Positions 1-12,869 are shown, counted from the whole stretch's first letter. The stretch is 57,515 bases of DNA, filler included, from Sphacelaria rigidula (GCA_964200075.2; 8 parts of 8 records of this genome joined end to end with filler, not necessarily neighbours in it), one strand, 5' to 3'. Translations and numbers: made by a program. The notes: a model not told the origin generated them from the letters alone.

Positions 1-622
1 TGATAACGGCAATGACTTTCGATGGATGGCTCACCAAACATTTTGATTACGGCAATGGTTATCGATATATACAACCCAGAATCTATTGCGGTACACGATT
101 TCCATCGATGGCGAGTGATTTTCACCTTTTGTAATTGCCATAGGCTATCGATCGACTATTGCAATATATCTTGTTCCTTGCAATGCATATCAATAGATGT
201 CTTTCACCATCTATCGTGTTCGATAATATGTGTCGATAGATTGTTTCCCGTGTCTATTGCTGAAGCAATGAACTATTATTGTGTCCATTGTCCAGGGTGT
301 GCTTGGTTTTCGTTGGTTGTCAAGCCCGTTCGTTTGTTTCGAACTCGCTTTGGGGGTGCTGTAGCCAAATGATACCAAGCCGTTGGTTTCAGTGTAATCG
401 CATGCATGATTGGAGCAGTGGCAGGGGACAGGGGACAGGGGATCTCGGATTGATGAACCTTATCTGTGTGGTCCCTTGCTGCTGACTTGTGATGTGGTCT
501 GTTTCTGGATCACTCCGTGATAAAAACAAGTGAGAAGAAAGGACTCGTTGAGCACGAGGCCAGTGCTACTGGAGGAGTCCCTCGTCGATAGTCTTCTTGT
601 CCAGATCGTCTGCCAGAGGCTA

Positions 623-789
623 CAGGCTGTATGAAGCGCCTCATATGGGCGACATTGGCGAGAACTGCCCAAGCGTGGGAATCCCCAGCTGCTCGTCGTC
701 CTCGGCTTTTTACATTTCGATTTACGCGAAGATGTTGCCTCCCCAAACCAGGCACATTTGGGGGGGGGGGGATGTCGTAAAGAGTATCA
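623..789. repeat. Interspersed repeat family A (~165 bp, end motif GGGG-CTATCGTAGAAAGTGTCA)
   Basis: Reverse-complement match to 8144-8308; the same end occurs at 14406-14473 and 21438-21507. Confidence 0.8.
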
Positions 790-902
790 ATCGTGGAATC
801 TAGTGTTGAGGCCGCTCTCTATGGCACACAAGGAAAAAAAAAAGGAAAATTGCCTTTTTGGAGCTTCGACATCATTTTACGTCCTACAATACAAGCGAGC
901 TA

Positions 903-3137
903 CGAGCTGGGCCAGCCTAGAAGCGAATATATCGCTTGCAGGCCCATTTATCGGTGAGTATTCAGAGTTGGATCCTAAAATTTGGTATCGACAATGAACA
1001 TGGTATAACAATAAACATACCACTGGACACAGAAGATCTGTTTTTTTTCGTGATGAATTAAGGGCATTTTACTGATACCTGAAACCTGATTATTGCCCTT
1101 AACTCATCAAAAACAAATCTGTGTGCAGTGGAAATTTGTGTTATTATGCCCTATTCATTGTCCATACCCAATTTTAGGGTCCAACTCGAAATATTGGCCG
1201 ACAAATGGACCGTTTAGTAATAGGGTCGGTAAAAATTCGCACCAGTATTTTGTAGGTCACTGACCGGCCCACGTTTGGTGTTTGTGTATTGAAACTTTGT
1301 GCGGGTCGTGGCTAGGGCATAATTAACCAAACAAAGTGGGTCACGTTGGAATTTATTCATTCTCTTCACTGGTTCAGGGCGTTTTAGTATGGTAACGACC
1401 ATTTTTTACTAGAACGCCCGAACCTCTCTCAAACAAGGAAGAAATAAATGCTCATTTTTTTTCCAATGAGCATACCCCTGTGGTTCCCCATGCTAAGTTT
1501 CAAATCACAAATCTAAAAATTGGGCTGAAAAATCGAGATAGGGCCAAAAAGCAGTGTTCATTTCTCCTCAAAACTGCCCTAAAAGCCCGGAAAAATGAAA
1601 AAAACGAAAAAATACAAGGCTAGGTCGAGTAGAGTATACTCAATACTCCTTATTTTTTAAGAGTCATACTTTTAGTACTCAAAATTTGAGTAAAATATTT
1701 GAGACCGCACTCGACGTACTCAAAATTTTGAGTAGAGTACTGAGGTCATACTCAAGTGATACTCTATACTCAAGTACAACTAAGAGTGCTTACTCAATAT
1801 TTGAGTAGAGTATTTGAGGTCGTACTCGACCTACTCAAAACTTGAGTAGAGTATCTGAGGCTGGATCCGATGTACCGAAAACCTATAACTTCAACTTCAA
1901 TATTCAAGTTCGTACGCACGATACTCAAACTCGGGTAGAGGAAATACCGAGGTATTCCTCGAGTTGCCTACCCATGATGAGTGTTGATTCAAGGTCAAAC
2001 TTCAGCAAACATTCGGATCAGAACCAAATGGTACAAAACTAGGGTAGAATGAATGTTGGGTTATTGTCGAAGGGTCCTGCGCGCTTTTTGAATTTTTTAT
2101 GGCCATCATTCGCTCATACTCCTTGTTGGCTGTGATGTAACGCCGCCCATCTCATTGATGGCCATCGTTCGCCAATGTAGTCAACATAGTATGTGAAGTG
2201 AGGTCATGAAGTCGCCGACTGTCAGGGATACTCACCATATCCAAAAGGTACTCTATACTCAAGTGTTACTGAGAGTGCTCACTCCATATTCGAGAAGAGT
2301 ATTTGAGACCGTACTCGACGTACTCAAAATTCGAGTAGAGTATTCAAGGCCGTCCTCGACGTACTTAAAATTTGAGTAGAGTATTGAGGTCATACTCAAG
2401 TGATACTCTACACTCAAGTATTACTGAGAGTACTTACACAATATTTGAGTAGAGTATTTGAGGTCGTACTCGATCTACTCAAAATTTGAGTAGAGTATTG
2501 GAGGCCGTACTCGACCTACTCAAAATTTGAGTAGAGTATTTGAGGCCGTACTCGACCTACTCAAGCGTCGAGTAGCGTAAATACTCGAGTATTTTACTCG
2601 AGTACTCAAAAGTACATACTCTACTCGACCTACCCTCGAAAAAATATTTGCTGGATTTCATTTAGCTTTATTTACGCAAGCGGTTCGCCATACTAAATTT
2701 GATAGCATAACTCTCAAAAACTGAGACGCGATATCCAGATTTAGTTCATCTAGTATGCCTGTGCTCGTAATATATTGGTTTGAGTATGGAAGCTTATGTG
2801 TGCCACATCTCGAGATAGACTACGAATTAGGTGAAGGTGAGGGTATCTATCGTCTCCCCGTGCTCCAGGGAATGTCCACACCTAAAATCGTCGCCATCCG
2901 CTGAATGCTATGATCGGGGTTTCATATAGATGTCAGTATAGACGCTATTTCCGTTAGGTATAGGAATTACTAGACATGGGGTTTAATCAAGGAGAGGATA
3001 TTGGCCCAAACTTTTGAATCGGGCACATTTCCCTTCATTAGAGGATAAACACAGTATGTGGATCATGGCCCAACTCGTGTGTGTCGATGAGATATTGCTT
3101 TGAGATCTTAACTCCGTTTCTCGGCTGGCGCAGCTCG
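903..3137. mobile_element. Non-autonomous TIR DNA transposon (Tc1/mariner-like MITE, ~1.2 kb) interrupted by a 1-kb nested element
   Basis: TIR CGAGCTGGGCCAGCC...GGCTGGCGCAGCTCG flanked by TA on both sides (901-902, 3138-3139). Colinear with the copy at 26931-28119. No transposase ORF. Confidence 0.85.
1615..2638. mobile_element. Nested non-autonomous DNA transposon (hAT-like) with many subterminal TACTCAAAATTTGAGTAGAGTA repeats
   Basis: TIR CRAGGSTAGGTCGAGTAGAGTAT at both ends; 8-bp direct repeat AAAAAATA at 1607-1614 and 2639-2646; absent from the homologous host copy at ~27610. Confidence 0.75.
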
Positions 3138-4474
3138 TAGGCGGATATTGATCCCTTGGAATGCCTTGCTACACTCGTTAAGACGGTTCCAGCAAGGTGC
3201 CCCATATCGGGAAATGGCTGCGCCACCGCCCCCCCTCCCCCCACCCCCCGCGGTCGAGAATGAGGAAAAGACCAAATCAAATTGTGGAAAATCTTGTCCT
3301 TCCTATTTCTCCACAAGTATATGGAGTTGAACGGTCATTTAGTTATCTCCGGGTTCGCCCCAACGTGAGCAGCCCGACACCCGAGGAGTTTTGGTGTGTC
3401 ATATGTTCTTGTGGCCATCGGGAAGCAAATGTGCCGACTGGAAAATGACTTTTGAATCGCGGTGATCACTGAATAATGAATACTGAGTCCCGCTGGCATT
3501 TGCAAGACCGCTTGTTACCGACCTGGCACTATCGCAGTGATACGGCCGCCATGCTGAGGAGGGCGGTGTACGACAAACACTCCTGTACTGCTACTGAATG
3601 ACTGAAATGTACATGCAGTAAGTTGACTGTGCGGTGTTACCAGCCGACACGAAAATGTTCTGGCTTTATAGACGTGCACAATGTGTGAATTGCAGATAAT
3701 CACGTACTTTTCCCGCGTTTGGGCAGACAGCCGTGTTCATACAACGCGTATATCTACACATGGCAATTCATACTGCACTGCGACACAAGAGAGGGAGAGG
3801 CTGCAAAGGGGGATGTTGTGGGCGTGGAGTGACGAAAAGGAGTATCCAACATCGAGGTTGCGACAGTTATGAAATGTAATAAACGCGAGATTAATATTGA
3901 GCCGGTTCATTTCCAACACAAACGTGCAAAGGGAGTGTCTGCCAATAATGATGTTGAACGGGGTGGAGCACCCGCTTCGCCGCCTCGACTGTTCGCCGTG
4001 AGTACAATGATTATATCCCCCGCCATCACAGCGTGAAATATCGTTTCGGTATACCCAGCGCAGGCCGATGCTACCGGCAAACACGTGCGGTGCAGTGCAG
4101 AAACTACTACCGCCATTATACAGCGATCGGGAGGCACCCTCCCCTCCCCCCCCATGAAATCGGGTACCCCTCTCCCCCCCCTCCTCCTACCCCGGAATGA
4201 GGTTTTTGCGGCCTGAGGGGCGGTAGTGCAGGCATTTCCTGATATGGAACCCCTCGGTTCCAGCACACATGTGCATTTTTCTCCTGGCCGCAGTTTCTCC
4301 TTCCCAAACTTGCATTTTTCTCGGAGAAAGATTTTTTTTTCTCGGAGACTGGTCATTTCTCTCAGAGACCGGTCGAGTCGAGAATTTCAGATTTGTCTGG
4401 ACTTGACCAGTTCCGCTAAAAATGACCGGTCTCAGATAAAAATGGAAGTTCGGAGAAGAAGAAAAGCTGCGGCC

Positions 4475-5312
4475 GCCGGTCGCCCCGGCGGCTCAGTTGG
4501 TAACTTCGAAAATTTCTGACGGTTGGGTCGTGGGTTCGGATCCCCGTACAGCCACACGATCTGCGATGTTTTTCTCACACCGTGCCGAACAGTGGAGACC
4601 GACCATGTCGGGGACACAAAATTCGACTTCACGGTCGACGAGGGAAAGGAACTGTTGATTTCCTGTCGCGACAAAAAAATAAGGCAAGCACCGCAAAAGG
4701 AAGGTGAAGGACTAAAACAAAACAAAACTAAAAGAAAGCTCCTGTCTGTTTCGGTTGGCCTTTCTCCTGTGTGCAGTGTGATCCCGGCTGATGCGCCCAG
4801 ATATACAACAGTATAAACACGGGATCTTACAAATTGGGGATGGATCATTAATTGGGGATGAGAAACCCGGAGGATTAAAATCTTCGTATCCGCACCAAAT
4901 ATTCGAAATATGGTTCCACATCTTCATCTACTGATAGCTATTGACAACTGCTACACGCCATAGAAATTTGGATTTCGATCACCGAAATGTTGGGGTCCTA
5001 GGTGAAAAAGCAGTTTTGTGGAATTCCGGGTGTCAGAGCGGACGCCAAAATGGTTCCGAAATGTGTTTTTTCACCTAGGACCCCAACATTTCGGTGATCG
5101 AAATCCAAATTCCTATGGCGTGTAGCAGTTGCCAGTAGCGATCAGTAGGTGAAGAAATGGAACCATACTCCGAATATTTGGTGGGGATACGAAGTTTTTA
5201 ATTCTCCGGGTTTCTCATCCCCAATAAATGATTCATCCCCAATTTGTAAGATCCCGTGTTTATACCGAAAGGTGTAGACTGATGTCCAGAATAGATGGGA
5301 TGACAACACACA
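4475..5312 (+). mobile_element. tRNA-derived SINE (family B), interrupted by a fold-back MITE
   Basis: A-box-like CGGCTCAGTTGG (4489-4500), B-box-like GGTTCGGATCC (4533-4543), body TTCACGGTCGACGA and tail ATAGATGGGATGACAACACAC shared with 39579-39968 and 47232-47405. Confidence 0.8.
4816..5260. mobile_element. Fold-back MITE (~445 bp, ~195-bp inverted arms)
   Basis: AACACGGGATCTTACAAATTGGGG... mirrored at the right end; flanked by TATA on both sides; inserted at the GTATAC site that is empty in the SINE copy at ~39909. Confidence 0.9.
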
Positions 5313-6667
5313 TGCGCGCGACCGGGAAAACGCACAGGCGTGCTGTGCTGGAAACGTCCCAACAAGTACAGCGAGGCATTCCAAGGTGTCAAACTCCGCC
5401 GTCTAGCTCTCTTCTACTATATGTAAGGCGTGAAACTACGTAGTAGAAGCTTCAAGACGGCACTTCTCCAGGTTATTTTTAGTCTGCCATGAGAAGCGGC
5501 CTCTCATACCGAGTAATTTCGGCCTCCGTTCGTTCCCGCAAAAGGAAAAAAAATGTCGTTATTTATGAGTATCCCCCTGTTGATGACACAGGATTTTACA
5601 TATTGCGGGTGTATTTTTTCAAGGACGCGGAAGGCCACCCATCACGGCCGGATACGAGTAGTAGCTGTAGTGCGTTTCCCTTTCGAAAATTCCCACGTTT
5701 CATCCTCAAAAAAGAAAAATCTTTAATGTGCAAGATCCCGTGTTTCGTTTTGCTACTCCTGCATGTTGCTCCCGAAGCTCAGCAGTTGGTCCCCCGCCCG
5801 CCGCTTCCTTTTGCTTGCGAACCAGATTGCCCCACAGCAACAATTATTTCACTCACACCGCACCAACGGTGTTCGTATGTAGTCTGCGCAGATGGCCTGG
5901 GGTGAAGTCCACGCCCCCCACCAGTGTGGGCACAGCACAGCAGCAGTCATCTGTCACTCGCCGTGAACGCTCATTACAGAACGTTTGCATGCTGTGTTGC
6001 GTGAGACTCGAATTGACTGTCGCGGTCAAAGAATCCCGCAATATCGCGTGCACGACTTCCGGTGCATAGAATAGAGCATGCCGATGCGCAACAACACGCA
6101 CACACAATAACAGAGTACCATCCCAATGGAAACAAACGCGAAGGACGAAATGAACAGCGTGCTCAGCAACGTCACAACTCACTTTTTCGCCCTCCTCGCT
6201 CCCCAGCCTACACATCCACATGACCCCTTACCCGCCGAACAGTCCCGATCGCAATCCGCTGCGCTTAGCCTTATGCCTGGGTTACAAACCCTGGTAGAGT
6301 GTTTGGTAAGGTGTGCTGCTGTTGGTTGTCCAGGATCTGCTTAATGATGAGCGGCTCGGGATGTTAGTTCAGGCTGACCTGCTGAGACAAGCAGCAGTAA
6401 GGTCCGGTTTGATTGGAATATGGCATAAGAATACTGTACAAGTTCATTGATAAATTTGAAACTGTGCCCGCGGGTCTGAAGCATACGAGTAGAGTGAAGT
6501 GTGATGATACCACAGCGCTTCGCACAACAACACACGCCTTTCACGAGCGAGCGGCTATTGCAGCACGTGCTTGTGCTTGCATCTGAAAGAGCGCCTTATC
6601 TACGATTATACGTATTGTATCCTTCGGAAGGTTTTTTTTTCCGTCGCCGCAGTTGTTTTGATCAAAC

Positions 6668-6881
6668 ATGGAGGACGCGGGTGACAGGCGCAAGCGGTTA
6701 CAGGCTCTGAGGGAGAAGGCAGCTAGCAAAACCACCGCCACCTCTACCGCCACGACTAAACCGACCCTCAAGTTCAGGAATTACCGCCCCAACGACACAA
6801 GCATTAAAGAAAAACTGGGGGATAGTTCTGCTGCCGGTAGCACCGAGGGATCGACTGGGAGGGCTGATTCTCAAGATTATG
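6668..6881 (+). CDS. CCDC12: First exon of a Cwf18/CCDC12-family pre-mRNA splicing factor (remainder beyond block end)
   Basis: MEDAGDRRKRLQALREKA...LKFRNYRP matches the recalled cwf18 N-terminal motifs (RKxRLxALR; LxF/LRNYxP); CAAAC-ATG start context; donor G|GTGCGT at 6882. Confidence 0.8.
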
Positions 6882-7103
6882 GTGCGTGTGAGAATTAGGC
6901 TTGGCCAAAGCATAGGTGGCGCCAAATAACACCCCCACCCCCCCCTTTATGGAAGAAGGGTTAGGTACGAGAGCAGTGACACGAACCAGGGTTCAAATAA
7001 GAGTCTCTGGGGGGGGGGGGGGGTTCATGGAGTCATTGTGAAAGATTTTGCGAGGCGCTAACTTGTGTACACGCAAAAAAATGTCGAACGAAAAGTAATT
7101 TTT

Positions 7104-7203
7104 NNNNNNNNNNNNNNNNNNNNNNNNNNNNNNNNNNNNNNNNNNNNTTAATTAATTAANNNNNNNNNNNNNNNNNNNNNNNNNNNNNNNNNNNNNNNNN
7201 NNN
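7104..7203. other. Artificial contig linker
   Basis: 44 N + TTAATTAATTAA + 44 N. Confidence 0.99.
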
Positions 7204-8143
7204 GTGGTGTAGAGGAACAAGAGTGCCCACCCGTCTAACTTATATCGATTCTTGGACATGCTGAAAATGATGCATCACGGGTTCACCTCCACAAGTAACT
7301 TCTTCGAAATAAGAGCTTGTCCTCGGTACTTCTACTACAAAACGTTCACAAGTCGGGTTGCCCACTTGAACCTCATCTCGAAGTTAAACCTCAATTCGCA
7401 CAATTTGCTGTTATTGGGCGCCATCGCTGAAAGCGCGGAGAAAGTACTGTTCTGAGCTCGAGCCTCATTTCATTGATGAACCTCATTTTATAGAATCCTC
7501 TGTTAAGGGGTGACCCTGTGCAGGGTCCGAAATATTTGAATACCTTGTTTGGTGGTAGCACCTGACAAGGTCATTACAAAAGTAACCCTTGACAGGGTAT
7601 GGACCCTCCGACCCTGCAGACGGAGCCGAATATCCACCAGTGTATGAGTATTGAAAATACGGGATTGGGCGGGTACAGGAGGTGTTGAAATCTCGGAATA
7701 CCGTGGGATCGTAGGTATCGTAGGTATGACATTTCAAATGCCGGATTGGACCGGTATCGGTAGGGTATGATGAGATGTCTCAAATACCGGTAACGGGTAC
7801 CTACCTTACCTACGGTGCCTGTGGTATATTGCTCCGCACGTACATAAGCACGATATATATGGTACTGCCCTGCACGGTATTGTGCAGTTCAGCACAGCAC
7901 CAAACCGTGCTCACTGTTGTGATGGTCATATCGTCATCAACGTACAGAATAGACCGCGATCATAATTTTTCGCGTTTTCATTCGAAGAAATGCTTCACTT
8001 CGGTATTGATATGGTAGACTCGGTACGAAGGGGTTTCAAAACCTGTATGTACACATCTCAGAGGTTCATGCACGTTCTACACCATTCTCACCCGCCAAAC
8101 CTGTACAGCGCGGCGATGTGGACATACAGTCGCAATCAGTGTG

Positions 8144-8308
8144 TGACACTTTCTACGATAGCCACCCCCCAAAAGTGAATGGTTTTGGGATGCAAAATCT
8201 CCACGTAAATCGAAATGGGAAAAGCCGAGCACAACGAGAAGCTGGGAATTCCCACGTTTGGGTTCGTTTTAGCCAATGTCGCAAATATGAGGCGCTTCAT
8301 GCAGCCTG
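8144..8308. repeat. Interspersed repeat family A copy
   Basis: TGACACTTTCTACGATAGCC...GCGCTTCATGCAGCCTG; inverted relative to 623-789; a degenerate inverted end lies at ~8362-8388. Confidence 0.8.
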
Positions 8309-10463
8309 AACCCCCGAACATCAGGCGCTATGGCCATTTTTTTCGTGACACTTTTAGCTGGTTTTTTTGGGGAGGGCTATCGTAAAAAGCCGAGGCTGTT
8401 GAAGACTTCGATCCCCTTGTCCAATTGACATATGAAATGGGGGGCAAGAGGATGAGTTTTCAATAATTTATGTCGTCTCTCGATTTTCATCCACTAATAC
8501 GGTGCAGAATGTGGGACTTGAACAGCGGAAGCTGCTCGCAAATAAGTTTTGTTTTTGCCCAATTTCAGGTATTGGCGGGCAAAATGAGGATTTGTTTCGA
8601 ACGGCTTCTGGTGTAAAAATCCCATCTGCGAGTGTATATGGGCTTTGTACAGCCTCTGCTATTCGAAATAAATATTTTTTGCCCGATTCCAATAATTTGG
8701 AATTAGGATCTTTTTCAAACAGCAGAGGCTGTAAAAAGTCCATATTTCCAAAGCACTTGTGCCTCCAAAAACAATCCAGGGGGTTTCACTAGTGACACAG
8801 ACCTTCGAGGGCCCAACGTTGAAAATCCTCTAGGATGACGGATACCCACGATCCTGTAGGGGACTTTCAAAACGGACGGAACCGAGGATGTCGTTTGGAA
8901 ATTCCTCTACAAGGTAGCCAAATGGCCGCGGGTGTTGCTACGGGCCGTGTGAGTGTATTCCGGGGGTTGTGGTGCCGATGCAAGGCAAATGAGACGAACG
9001 CGGGCGGGTAGTTAATTCCCACCTGGAGGTGGACATCACTATTTCCAAGTCGCGACTTGGAAATAGCATTACCCTAGTTTTATTATGGTGGGTTTATAAC
9101 AAACAACTATCGTTTTAAGACCGGAACTGGGTATGGAAAACCCTCTCGTGGGTACTTGTATCCGCCGGAGGGTCACTTCACCCTAGAGAGGATGAAAATC
9201 GCGATAGAGGATTTCCAAACATGAGCCGAATGGCGGCGTGTGCTGCGATCTCATGGGAGTTTTGGTTGCAAAAAAATCTGAAATCGACGTGGTCAGTGCA
9301 GCCATGAGGGAAAATAGCGCGGAAAAAAATATTTGTGCACATGTTCAGTCGTCACCGATTTTAAATTTAATTCCATGTGATTGCGCCAAATTACCGCCAG
9401 TTCACGTGCTTTCAGGGAGGTTACGGCGGTTTCGGACAATTGGACCGCCGTGATGTAAAATGATCAATCTCCCATATCAAAACAAAATCCATATCTACTC
9501 CCACGAACGTGTTTAATGTAATCGTAGTCGCGAGCTCCAGCCTCACTCAACTAATCTCCAGCTATATTTTCCCGAGGTCAGCACTACATGGGTGCTCTCG
9601 AATAAACGAAATAAAACATTTATCCTGTACCTGAGTTAATGAACAGCCAACAACAATCCTTCCTCACCCCCCTCGCACCCATTCTGCCTAAAACCAAAGC
9701 AAACGAGGGGACAAAGGCACCAAACACCGGTCGAAACGGAAGTACGCTCATCACCCCTATTTAATCGCTCACAAGCACTCAGCAGCCGATTGTGGCTCAC
9801 CGAAGAATATCGCTACGCCCGGGCCGCAATACAAGAAGCATTTTTCTAAAACGTTCCCTCTTACATTCGGCATGTTGAACGCGCTGTACAGATTACAATC
9901 CAAATTTATTCGCCTCGCTGAGCGGTTCACTACTCGAACAAAGACTACGTTTTTTTCAGTACCAAAGAGCTGTCTGGACTGTAACTCGCACGCCTTCCTC
10001 GGTTCTACAATAAATCTGTATATTATGAGTGATACCTTCGAAGTATACCTAACCGGTGAAAATGCTCGCGGGTGTGACCCCCACGCATAGCGCTCACGAT
10101 AAAATGTGTGTAACCCCCCCACTATTCGTCGGATCCCTACGCAATACATATTAAAACAGTATATTAGATGCGCCACAACCGTACGGTTACACTGCGTCGC
10201 TACACTTCGTGATGGCTTTCCCCTCCTCTTCAGTGCAAATCGTCGAGACAAACGCAGCCGTCTGCTGTCGATGTCATCTCGGCAACACGGGGGTCGCTGA
10301 CAGATGTATGGTCAAAGGTAGTTCCGTTATACTTGCCCTTGCTCTCCAACACCCATCGTGCGCTGACTCAAGGTGTTTATCGACCGAAACCAACACGACG
10401 ATGAATATCTCGTAAACCTGGAATGATGTCATGATACTCGCATTCTTATAATCAATTAAAAAT

Positions 10464-11604
10464 TTAATCATCACTGCTATCATCACTGCTATCATCACTG
10501 CTATCATCACTGCTATCATCACTACTATCATTATCACTACTATCATCATCACTGTCATCGTCGTCGTCATCATCATCACCACCATCATCGCCAGTCGATG
10601 TGGCCGTAGTTGAAGCCGTAGCAAAGCTGCTGTCGTCGCCGGTCGTCGTGGTCGTAGTGGAAGCCGTAGCAGAGCTGCTATCATCGCCAGTCGACGTGGC
10701 CGCAGTGGAAGCGGTAGCAGAGCTGCTATTATCGCCAGTCGACGTTGTCGTCGTGGAAGCAGTAGCAGAGCTGATGCCATCGCCTGTCGGTGTGGCCGTA
10801 GTGGAAGCAGTAGCAGAGCTGATGTCGTCGCCAGTCGGTGTGGCCGTAGTGGAAGCAGTAGCAGAGCTGCTGTCATTGCCAGTCGGTGTGGCCGTGGTGG
10901 AAGCAGTAGCAGAGCTGATATCATCGCCAGTCGTCGTGGTCGTAGCGGAAGCAGTAGTAGAGCTGCTGTCATCGCCGGTCGGTGTGGCCGTAGTGGAAGC
11001 GGTTGCAGAGCTGCTGTCATCGCCCGTCGGTATGGTCGTAGTGGAAGCGGTAGCAGAGCTGATATCATCGCCAGTCGGTGTGGCCGTAGTGGAAGAAGTA
11101 GCGGAGCTGCTATCATCGCCCGTCGGTATGGACTTATTGGAAGCAGTAGCAGAGCTGCTGTCATCGCCAGTCGGTGTGGTCGTAGTGGAAGAAGTAGCGG
11201 AGCTGCTATCATCGCCCGTCGGTATGGACTTATTGGAAGCAGTAGCAGAGCTGCTGTCATCGCCAGTCGGTGTGGCCGTAGTGTAAGTGGTAGCAGAGCT
11301 GCTGTCATCACCAGTCGACGTGGTCTTAGTGGAAGTAGTAGCAGAGCTGCTGTCCTCGCCAGTCGGTGTGGCCGTAGTGTTAGTGGTAGCAGAGCTGCTG
11401 TCATCGCCAGTCGACGTGGTCGTCGTGGAAGCGGTTGCAGAGCTGCTGCCATCGCCAGTCGGTGTGGCCATAGTGTTAGTGGTAGCAGAGCTGCTGTCAT
11501 CGCCAGTCGACGCTGTGGTGATTGACGCTGTAGTATCATCACCAGCCGATGTGGTAGACGACGAAATACAGTTTTGGTTCCACGTTGTCAACATGGAGTC
11601 TGAC
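10464..11604 (-). CDS. Terminal exon of a beta-helix-like protein: Thr/Ser/Asp-rich mucin-like repeats plus Asp/Ser-rich tail
   Basis: Acceptor TTTCAG|G at 11605/11604, phase 2 compatible with the upstream exon; open to TAA at 10466-10464; encodes 19 x TGDDSSSATASTTATP-type units then GDDGGDDDDDDDSDDD(SSDD)n. Confidence 0.8.
10596..11507 (-). repeat. Coding minisatellite, 19 x 48 bp
   Basis: 16-aa period counted in the translation; units 6-7 and 8-9 are a near-identical 96-bp higher-order duplication. Confidence 0.9.
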
Positions 11605-12066
11605 CTGAAATTCATCATGACAGCGTGAAGCGGTTGAACAGTCGGGGGGACGGGGGGAGGGGGTCAGAGATTGGACGAGCTCAGGGTGTCTCGAATCATT
11701 CTTGAATGCAACTACGCGAGGGCAAGGGTTGTAAATGGGAGTATAAAACCGGGTGTGAACAAGCAGGAAGGGCCCGCCAGCGGGGGTGGGCAGCAGAGGG
11801 AACAACATGCAAAAGGGTTTGTGCGATGATGTTGTCCTGTCTGTACCCAATAGAGCTAAAGACGTTTGATTGATCGCCTTGCGACACGTCACTATGATAC
11901 TCCTTTCACAAAGGGATTCCGAGAGCTTTCCTTTTCGTGTGCTACGGCCAGGCGACAAATCTGTGGAACTTCTGTGGAAGCGATTGTCCGAACATCTGGC
12001 GCCCAGTTCGCTTGCTGCTACTGCACCGTGTCAAGTACCTACTCCGCAGAATGCGGCTAGACTCAC

Positions 12067-12188
12067 TCGTCTTCACTATCTGGAGTACACACGCCGTCCT
12101 CGCACGTGTTTCCGCACACCATACCCTGAGGAATTTGACGAGCCACGACGGAGCCGCTTTTCGTCGCAGTGAAATAGTTGTCATACAC
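12067..12188 (-). CDS. Internal exon of the beta-helix-like protein (VYDNYFTATKSGSVVARQIPQGMVCGNTCEDGVCTPDSED)
   Basis: CCAG|GTG acceptor and GA|GTGAGT donor; phases 0 and 2 fit the neighbouring exons. Confidence 0.8.
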
Positions 12189-12311
12189 CTGGTTCATGAA
12201 GGAAAAGCGACATGCACGTCGTGAGCACTGTTGGTGAGAAATCCATTTCATATCTACACAGTTTAGCGGTAGAGTAAGTTACGGTTCAGCATGAGCAATA
12301 TAAGTAGAGTG

Positions 12312-12519
12312 TAATGCATGACAGGACCGCGTGCTTAGAAGACCGCGCCGTAGTTCAAAACACCTCAGGATCGACGTTTTTCGAAACCAATCGGGCCAGT
12401 ACCTACAGGTACCGCGCCCCTGACTATAACCCCAACACTAACCCTGACCCTAACCCCTAACCACAAGGATGTTCAAATTCCGATGCGGTCCTCTAAGCCC
12501 GCGGTCCTCTCACGCATTA
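12312..12519. mobile_element. Short MITE carrying degenerate (CCCTAA)n repeats, intronic
   Basis: TIR TAATGCRTGASAGGACCGCG...CGCGGTCCTCTCACGCATTA; internal CTAACCCTGACCCTAACCCCTAACC; second copy at 14207-14305. Confidence 0.8.
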
Positions 12520-12869
12520 CAAGAGGATAAAACAGGCGGTACGACCGGGTTTAACAGTGTAGGTAGATGGATGCACAGTTCGTGGTGGTATAGTTCAGGT
12601 TGTACAGTTACGAAACATTTTGTCGAAATAAGACAGTTTTCATAGGTCGCCCCTCGTTTTCACTCTCTTTATCAACTCGAACAAGCCGACCAGATTGTTG
12701 TTGGTTTCCCTGTGAAAAGAAATCTAGAAATCCGTGAGTAGGTCGGTTGGTGGGACACTATGCACATAACCCCTCGATGTGGAGTAATGCGTCTACGCTC
12801 TGCGCTGCCGCAACTACGACAAAGTGCGGGCCCACGGCAACAATAAACGGGACAAAAATGCCGCCTCAC

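Noticed and set aside
10274..11628. Long alternative ORFs (422 aa minus; 228 and 113 aa plus)
   Set aside because: Shadow frames of the 48-bp repeat; only the T/S/D frame splices in phase with the upstream exons.
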